Positions 58,043-64,000 of a DNA stretch of 64,000 nucleotides are shown in pieces. A program made the translations under genes and the position numbers. Source of the DNA: Fibrobacteria bacterium. GTDB lineage: Bacteria > Fibrobacterota > Fibrobacteria > UBA11236 > JADFYW01. Under the pieces are notes generated by a model. The model was given only the letters and a program-made list of their open reading frames with translations, made no database searches and was not told the DNA's origin. Location of the stretch: NCBI GenBank assembly GCA_050294405.1, contig JBNKOC010000028.1:288001-352000 (forward strand). The letters are read 5' to 3'. Each line of letters begins with the position of its first letter. Within the stretch, counting starts at the first letter, position 1.

Positions 58043-58070
58043 AACGAAGCTGGACAGGGCATGGGGGACA
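58043..58070 (-). promoter_or_regulatory. Putative ECF-type promoter of the DGPF-ECF operon
   Basis: Minus strand TGTCCCC-N17-CGTT, resembling TGTC.../CGT ECF41/42-type promoters. Confidence 0.45.
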
Positions 58071-58314
58071 ATTTTGTATAAAAATAATTTCTCATATAGC
58101 CAGTCTCTATGCAATTGAAGGATGAGGTTTGGAAAGCCTTTAATAAAATCCCTTATGTTTTGGAAAATTTGGCAAAAGCGTAGGAAATTTTCCAGCTGGA
58201 TTTTAAGAGGGAAATACTAAATTAAAGAATCCCGGTACAGATAAAGAAAAATGGGAATGCCCATTTTAGAATTAGAATAAATAACCGGTATAATTAAAAT
58301 AGGTTAAAATTATT

Positions 58315-60033
58315 ATGACAACATCAAAACTTAGAAGCCAGGAATGGTTTGGAAAATCAGGAAAAATCGGGTTTTTATACCGCAGTTGGATGCGCTCTCA
58401 GGGACTTCCCAGCGATCAATTTGAAGGCAAACCGGTCATAGGAATTTGCAACACCTGGTCCGAGCTTACCCCTTGCAACGCCCACCACCGTGAGTTAGCG
58501 GAATATGTCAAACGAGGCGTCTACGAAGCGGGCGGCCTTCCCCTGGAATTTCCAGTAACATCCTTGGGTGAAACATTAATGAGGCCTACAGCCATGTTGT
58601 TCAGAAATTTAGCCAGCATGGATGTGGAAGAAACCATCAGAGCAAACCCTTTAGACGCTGTAGTGTTGTTAACAGGTTGTGACAAAACTACGCCCTCCAC
58701 AGTGATGGGAGCTACCAGTGTGGGACTTCCCACCATTGTGCTTCCCGGCGGCCCCATGTTAAATGGAAAATTCAGAGGAAAAGATTTGGGTTCGGGCACC
58801 AGCCTCTGGGAGTTTAGCGAGGCCCTTCGCTGCGGCGAAATGACGGAAGAAGAATTTGCCGAAGCCGAAGCGGGCATGTCCCGCAGCCGGGGCAGTTGCA
58901 ATACCATGGGGACGGCATCTTCCATGGCCAGTATGGTGGAAGCTTTGGGGATGACCTTACCCGGAGCAGCGGCCATCCCTGCCGTAGATGCGCGCAGAAG
59001 AGTAATAGCCCATTTAACCGGACGCCGCATTGTGGACATGGTGCATGAAGATTTAACACCTGCTAAAATCATGACACGCAATGCATTGGAAAATGCCATT
59101 ATGGTTAATGCGGCATTAGGCGGCTCCACAAATTTTGTGGTTCATTTGTTAGCCATTGCCGGGCGTTTGGGAGTAAAGCTTGAGTTAGAGGATTTCGACA
59201 GATTGGGAAAACAAATTCCCTTGTTAGTAAACCTGATGCCCTCGGGGGAATATTTGATGGAGGACTTTTACTATGCCGGAGGTGTTCCTGCGGTGATTAA
59301 GGAATTGGAAAATGTGCTTCATAAAGATGTTGTGACTGCCAACGGAAAGTCTTTAACTGAAAATTCCAAAGATGTGGAATGTTATAATCGCAAAGTTATT
59401 GCGAGTCTGGAAAGCCCCTTCCAGAAAAATTCAGGCATAGCCGTGGTTCGGGGAAATTTGTGTCCTAATGGCGCAATCATTAAACCCTCCGCAGCTACGC
59501 CAGAATTGTTAGTGCACAAAGGTAAAGCGGTTGTTTTTGAAAACATTGAGGACTATCACGCACGGGTAGATGATCCCGATTTAGATGTAGAAGAAAACAG
59601 CGTGTTAGTGCTAAAGGGTGTAGGACCCAGAGGCTATCCCGGCATGCCTGAAGTAGGAAACATGGGCATTCCCAAAAAGCTTTTGGAAAAAGGCGTCCGG
59701 GATATGGTGCGCATTTCCGATGGCCGTATGAGCGGAACAGCCTTTGGAGCTGTGTTTTTACATGTAGCCCCTGAAAGCGCTATTGGCGGCCCCTTGGCTC
59801 TGGTGCAAAATGGCGATGTTATTGAAGTGGATGTGCCCAATAGAAGTTTGCGATTGGATATTTCTGATGAAGAAATGGAAAAGCGTAGGGCAGCCTGGAC
59901 TCCGCCTGAACCTGAATTTACAAGAGGCTATGCCAGCTTGTATGTAAACAGTGTACTACAAGCTGACCGTGGGGTTGATTTTGATTTTCTGGTGGGAAAT
60001 TCAGGAGGCTTTGTAAGGCGTGACTCCCATTAG
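58315..60033 (+). CDS. IlvD/Edd-family pentonate (L-arabinonate/D-xylonate) dehydratase
   Basis: LRSQEWFG, PVIGICNTWSELTPCN, GCDKTTP, CNTMGTAS, GYPGMPEVG, ISDGRMSGT. Confidence 0.9.
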   Translation: MTTSKLRSQEWFGKSGKIGFLYRSWMRSQGLPSDQFEGKPVIGICNTWSELTPCNAHHRELAEYVKRGVYEAGGLPLEFPVTSLGETLMRPTAMLFRNLASMDVEETIRANPLDAVVLLTGCDKTTPSTVMGATSVGLPTIVLPGGPMLNGKFRGKDLGSGTSLWEFSEALRCGEMTEEEFAEAEAGMSRSRGSCNTMGTASSMASMVEALGMTLPGAAAIPAVDARRRVIAHLTGRRIVDMVHEDLTPAKIMTRNALENAIMVNAALGGSTNFVVHLLAIAGRLGVKLELEDFDRLGKQIPLLVNLMPSGEYLMEDFYYAGGVPAVIKELENVLHKDVVTANGKSLTENSKDVECYNRKVIASLESPFQKNSGIAVVRGNLCPNGAIIKPSAATPELLVHKGKAVVFENIEDYHARVDDPDLDVEENSVLVLKGVGPRGYPGMPEVGNMGIPKKLLEKGVRDMVRISDGRMSGTAFGAVFLHVAPESAIGGPLALVQNGDVIEVDVPNRSLRLDISDEEMEKRRAAWTPPEPEFTRGYASLYVNSVLQADRGVDFDFLVGNSGGFVRRDSH

Positions 60034-60038
60034 GCCTA

Positions 60039-60068
60039 TCCCAACATTGAAGTTCTTCAATGTTGGGA
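60039..60068. terminator. Long hairpin between convergent genes (probable terminator)
   Basis: TCCCAACATTGAAG-TT-CTTCAATGTTGGGA, 14-bp inverted repeat. Confidence 0.7.
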
Positions 60069-60075
60069 GTTTCTG

Positions 60076-61665
60076 TTAAGCAGTTACAGGTTCTTTCGTC
60101 CACTCACTTCCAATATTTCTCCAAATGTTTAGAGGATTGGAATTTTTAAGTTCGTCGGGAAGCCTTTCTTCTCGAACGGCATCGTAACTTTGCAACATAC
60201 AAAACCGTCTTAAAGAGGCCGGGATTCCCACAGCGGTAAAGCCTGGATGTCCTGTGGCGGGGAAAGGCCCACCGTGGTTCATGGCAGGGGATACGGCAAC
60301 ACCCGTAGGCATTTTGTCGTTTAATAAACGACCCACTTTTTGCTGTAAACCAGGAGCAATAAAATTGTAGGCTTCTGTATCAGCTCCGTTTTTGGCGCTG
60401 TAGATACATCCGGTAAGGTTACCTTCCAGGGAAGCGATAACAGCGGCTAATTCTTCAAGGCTTTCGGCAGCCACTACAAGGCTGGAATTACCAAAAGTTT
60501 CGAGCTGGAATTGTTCGGGGTCTTCCAAAAATCTTTTTCCGCTTACTTTAAGCAAAGTGTTGGCATAGGAAAAGCCCTCTGACTCGGCCTGTTTTCCACC
60601 TGTTAATATTTCCGCTCCGGCTTTAGCCAGTTTGGCCACGTTGGTTTTTAAACTTTCTAATACACCCTTTGTAAGTAACTTTCCACAGGGTGAGGTTTCA
60701 AAATTGTTTTTAATGGTTAGAAGAAATCCATCCAGACTTGCTCCAGCAATTCCTAAAACCAATCCGGGATTCGTGCAAAATTGTCCGGTACCCATTAAGC
60801 AGGATGTGGAAAATTCACCTGCTAATTCATCACTTCGCTCTTCAATGGCACCCGGCAACACAACCACAGGGTTAATACTGCTAAGCTCCATGTATGCGGG
60901 TTTACCGTGTTTATCCGCTGCGGCCTTTAATACAAGACCAGCATCTCGGGCACCTGTATAAGCAATGGCTGCGGTTAATGGGTGAGAAACCCATTTCTCT
61001 CCCAGGTCGTGGGGGCTTCTGTATATGAGTTGCAACAAAGCCTTTGGCATTCCGGTTTTTTCCATGGCCTTTAATGCTTCCTCAGTGACAATTCTGGTGG
61101 TTCCGGGATGAGCTGAATTTGCCTTGCAAATTACGGGGTTCCCCGCAGCAATGGCAGCCGCAAAATCTCCTCCGCAGGAGCCGTTAAAAGCCAAAGGAAA
61201 ATTATTGGGACCAAAAACCAAAACAGGGCCGCCTAAGGGACGGTAATAGGAACGGATGTTGTTTTGTAAATCCAAAACAGGAAGAGTCCAGGATTTATCT
61301 AATACAGCTGCGGCAGCTTGGCGTAATTGGCCAGTGGTGCGGGGAAGCTCCACATCATTTAAACGTGGGCTGGAGGGAAGTGCTGTTTCTTTATTGGCCA
61401 TGGCCACGATTTCTTCTCTGCGAGCTTCGATGTTATCGGCATATAGATTTAAAAATTCGGCGATTTTAGCAGCAGGAATTTTTTTAAGTTCAAGGGCGGC
61501 TTGGGCTCCTGCTTTTAAGCTTTCTTCTAATTCTTCCCAAGGGCTAATGGGGTAAACTTCACCGGTTTCCGTGCCATCTAAAGGGCTTAGGGGTTTGAAG
61601 CTGGATGTTCCTTTAGAAACTTTCCATTCGCCGTTAATAAGTACTTTTTCTACGCTTGCATTCAT
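60076..61665 (-). CDS. Aldehyde dehydrogenase, alpha-ketoglutaric semialdehyde dehydrogenase-like
   Basis: ELPRTTGQL, FGPNNFPLAF, ELSSINP, GTGQFCTNPG, MPTGVAVSPAMNHGGPFPAT. Confidence 0.85.
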   Translation of the reverse strand: MNASVEKVLINGEWKVSKGTSSFKPLSPLDGTETGEVYPISPWEELEESLKAGAQAALELKKIPAAKIAEFLNLYADNIEARREEIVAMANKETALPSSPRLNDVELPRTTGQLRQAAAAVLDKSWTLPVLDLQNNIRSYYRPLGGPVLVFGPNNFPLAFNGSCGGDFAAAIAAGNPVICKANSAHPGTTRIVTEEALKAMEKTGMPKALLQLIYRSPHDLGEKWVSHPLTAAIAYTGARDAGLVLKAAADKHGKPAYMELSSINPVVVLPGAIEERSDELAGEFSTSCLMGTGQFCTNPGLVLGIAGASLDGFLLTIKNNFETSPCGKLLTKGVLESLKTNVAKLAKAGAEILTGGKQAESEGFSYANTLLKVSGKRFLEDPEQFQLETFGNSSLVVAAESLEELAAVIASLEGNLTGCIYSAKNGADTEAYNFIAPGLQQKVGRLLNDKMPTGVAVSPAMNHGGPFPATGHPGFTAVGIPASLRRFCMLQSYDAVREERLPDELKNSNPLNIWRNIGSEWTKEPVTA

Positions 61666-61687
61666 TATTCATCTCTCCTTAGCGGAT

Positions 61688-62758
61688 TCAAACTAAATGG
61701 GGTGTTATTAAAATTTTGATATGTTTCTGGCCGTTATGTATGAGCTCTTCAAAGCCCTGGGACACCGCGTTATCCAAATTGATTTTCGATGTAACTAAGG
61801 GATCAATGGATAATTTGCCCTGGCCAATCCAATCTACGGCTTGTTTAAAATCGATGTCATATACATGGGAAAAAGAGCCTATAACCTCAATTTCATGCCA
61901 CACTATTTGGAAGGTGTTCATGCCTACAGGAGCATTGTGAAGTCCGGTCATTAGCACCCGACCTCTTTTCCGGGCCAAGGTAGGTGCCAGACTGATGGTA
62001 ATTTCGTTTCCGCCACATTCGATAACTCTATCGGCCCCTCTGTCTTTGGTAAGTTTAAAAACTTCTTCTTTCGCATCCACGGTTTTGGGATCGATTAGCA
62101 CATCAGCCCCTAATTTTTGAGCCAGAGCTCTTTTATCGGGCTGAGGTTCTATCATAATGATGGGAGACGCCCCGGTTAACTTAACCATTTGCAATGTAAG
62201 TAAGCCAATGGTGCCTCCGCCTATGATAACAACGCTTTGTCCTTCCTGAATTTGGGCTTTTCGCACGGCTCTTACACATACCGAAGCAGGTTCGGATAGG
62301 GCGCCTACTTCAGAAGGCATGTCGGCAGGCAATTTAAAACACACTTCAGCTAGTGTATTTACATACTCCGCGCAGCCACCGTGAGTGGTGAGCCCCAAAT
62401 GGGCCATGTTGTCACAGTGGTGCATGTTATGGGTTTCGCAATTAGGACATGTTCGGCAGAAAATAATGGGATCGGGAGCTACTATATCACCAGGTTTAAG
62501 ACTGGTCACATTTTTTCCCACTTCAACTACAGTTCCCACCATTTCATGGCCCATCACCAATGGCGCTTTTGCGCCGGTTAAGGGGTTGGGTGTATCCACT
62601 GGTATGTACATGGGGCCGTGGGTGTATTCTTCCACATCTGTTCCGCAAATGCCGCACCAGTCAATTTTTAAAGTGACTTCGTTCGGCCCGGGCGGTTTGG
62701 GCATGGGGAAGTCTTCTACTAACAGCTTGCCTTGTTTATGCCATACCAATGCTTTCAT
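61688..62758 (-). CDS. Zn-dependent medium-chain dehydrogenase (butanediol/polyol dehydrogenase-like)
   Basis: CGICGTD, GHE, CRTCPNC.......C, GGGTIG. Confidence 0.9.
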   Translation of the reverse strand: MKALVWHKQGKLLVEDFPMPKPPGPNEVTLKIDWCGICGTDVEEYTHGPMYIPVDTPNPLTGAKAPLVMGHEMVGTVVEVGKNVTSLKPGDIVAPDPIIFCRTCPNCETHNMHHCDNMAHLGLTTHGGCAEYVNTLAEVCFKLPADMPSEVGALSEPASVCVRAVRKAQIQEGQSVVIIGGGTIGLLTLQMVKLTGASPIIMIEPQPDKRALAQKLGADVLIDPKTVDAKEEVFKLTKDRGADRVIECGGNEITISLAPTLARKRGRVLMTGLHNAPVGMNTFQIVWHEIEVIGSFSHVYDIDFKQAVDWIGQGKLSIDPLVTSKINLDNAVSQGFEELIHNGQKHIKILITPHLV

Positions 62759-62775
62759 TTTACTCCCCTTGTTGA

Positions 62776-63657
62776 CTAACCCTTAAACGCTGCTGACTCT
62801 ACACCTTTTACGCCGGGATTAGCTTTAAACAAGCATCCGGCGTTGGGGTATTTTTCCCAATCGCTGTCTGTATAATCGCAAGAAGCTGTGGTAATATACA
62901 ATTCATCTAGATTGTCTCCGCCAAACGCACAGGAAGTGACCAGGTTAGCCCCGGGTACTTCAATGCCGCCTATACATTCCCCGGTCTGAGGGTTGTAGCG
63001 GTTTACCCGACCCCCGAAATACAGGGCCAGCCATAACATGCCCTCGGAATCAATGGACATGCCATCCGGAAATCCAACTTCTTTCGGAATGGAAACTACA
63101 GGCCGACGGTTGCTTACATCACCGGTGTCATTGTTGTAGTCAAATGCATGAATTTCGTATGTCAGGCTGTCAATGTAATACATAGTCTTTTTGTCGGCAG
63201 TCCAAACAATTCCATTAGAGCAGGATACATCTTTTAAAATCTGGGTGACTTTTTTATCGGAGTCTAAACGGTAAAGCCCCCCTTTTCCCGGGGCCAGGCC
63301 GAAGTCCATGGAGCCCGCCCAAAACCTTCCGGCGGGATCGCATTTTCCATCGTTAAAGCGGTTTCCATCCAGTTCCTGCTCCACCTCTGCTAACATTTCA
63401 CAATTTCCACTTTCGAGGTCCAAGGCCGCAAATCCGTTTTTAAGAGTAACTGCTGCACCCCCGCTTTCTCGTGCCACAATGGTGCTAGGAAATTCTTTTA
63501 CATCAAGAGTTTTGTTTTCGCCGGTGGCGGGGTTGTATACAAAAACCTTATGATCCAGAATATCTACCCAGTACAAAAGTTTTTTTTGAGGCACCCAAAG
63601 GGAACCCTCTCCCAGTACGGATTTGCGTTTAACAACAATTTCTGCTTTGGAACTCAT
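62776..63657 (-). CDS. SMP-30/gluconolactonase family sugar lactonase
   Basis: LGEG..W, YWVDI, RFNDGKCDPAGRFWAGSM, SNG, PDGM, TSCAFGG...LYITTA. Confidence 0.93.
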   Translation of the reverse strand: MSSKAEIVVKRKSVLGEGSLWVPQKKLLYWVDILDHKVFVYNPATGENKTLDVKEFPSTIVARESGGAAVTLKNGFAALDLESGNCEMLAEVEQELDGNRFNDGKCDPAGRFWAGSMDFGLAPGKGGLYRLDSDKKVTQILKDVSCSNGIVWTADKKTMYYIDSLTYEIHAFDYNNDTGDVSNRRPVVSIPKEVGFPDGMSIDSEGMLWLALYFGGRVNRYNPQTGECIGGIEVPGANLVTSCAFGGDNLDELYITTASCDYTDSDWEKYPNAGCLFKANPGVKGVESAAFKG

Positions 63658-63666
63658 GAAAACCTC

Positions 63667-64000
63667 CTAATATGCTGCTTCGTAAATTTTTAAACAATCG
63701 TCTGCTGTCACTTTCCGAGGATTAGTTAGAGAACAATGATCCTGTTCGGCATATTTTGCATAGGGTTCGAATTCTAATTGAGGACAACCCATACCGCTTA
63801 GAGTGGCGGGAGCGCCTACTTTTTCCATAAGCTCATCGAAATAGCCGGGTAATTCAGCCGAGCTTTTAAGGCCTAGGGTTTGGCTCATGCGCTCCATTTT
63901 CTCTGGGCAGGATTCCATATTGAATTTTAAAGAGTGAGATAAAAACACACCATTCAAAGTACCGTGATGCAGCCGAACATCTTTTAAAGCACCAAGGGGG
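63667..64000 (-). CDS. Iron-containing alcohol dehydrogenase, 3' portion (enters from the right window edge)
   Basis: Frame open to the edge: PLGALKDVRLHHGTLNGV...DHCSLTNPR, the Fe-ADH His motif and C-terminus. Confidence 0.85.
   Translation of the reverse strand, partial: PLGALKDVRLHHGTLNGVFLSHSLKFNMESCPEKMERMSQTLGLKSSAELPGYFDELMEKVGAPATLSGMGCPQLEFEPYAKYAEQDHCSLTNPRKVTADDCLKIYEAAY

Noticed and set aside
58521..59129. 202-aa antisense ORF, and similar short opposite-strand or nested ORFs throughout (e.g. 7235-7687, 15845-16324, 39311-39778)
   Set aside because: They lie opposite or within well-supported genes and show no recognisable motifs.
1..64000. CRISPR array, rRNA, prophage or integron cassettes
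   Set aside because: No regularly spaced repeat-spacer array, rRNA-like stretch, phage structural gene or integrase was seen; intergenic gaps are short.

Overview
Bacterial chromosomal window, most consistent with a flagellated member of the FCB group (inference: Fibrobacterota-like, from the SprA and PorV homologues, the mfd-PPIase-SurA gene order and an FCB-type sigma70). From left to right: the 5' part of a T9SS translocon gene (sprA, missed by the ORF track); rsmA; a fliD-fliS-fliT-like operon with a sigma28 promoter, divergent from an RpoD/RpoS-like sigma gene preceded by a sigma54-type promoter and GTCA-N7-TGAC boxes; a long minus-strand housekeeping run (mfd, two PPIases, ftsE, uvrD/pcrA, gatC, kdsB, pyrG, comEA, pilM, a PilN/PilO-like gene, rsmD, coaD, rhomboid); tRNA-Lys(UUU); a PorV-family gene; a visibly AT-rich Wzx/Wzy polysaccharide island (about 26.2-40.4 kb); a DUF3450-ExbB-ExbB-ExbD-TonB-TPR operon; xylA with an AraC regulator; an ECF42-type sigma/DGPF pair; and oxidative (Weimberg-type) pentose catabolism genes. 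The most unusual element is a tightly coupled four-gene operon at 48847-55622. It encodes a signal-peptide-less protein with two tandem OmpA domains, each split by a peptidoglycan-binding insert; a CHAP/NlpC-like Cys-His amidase with a PG-binding tail; a caspase-like His-Cys (DUF6345-like) protein; and a lipoprotein. It is preceded by a perfect CRP-type box and looks like an orphan cell-wall-targeting effector/immunity module. All family assignments come from motif recognition by eye; no database searches were run.
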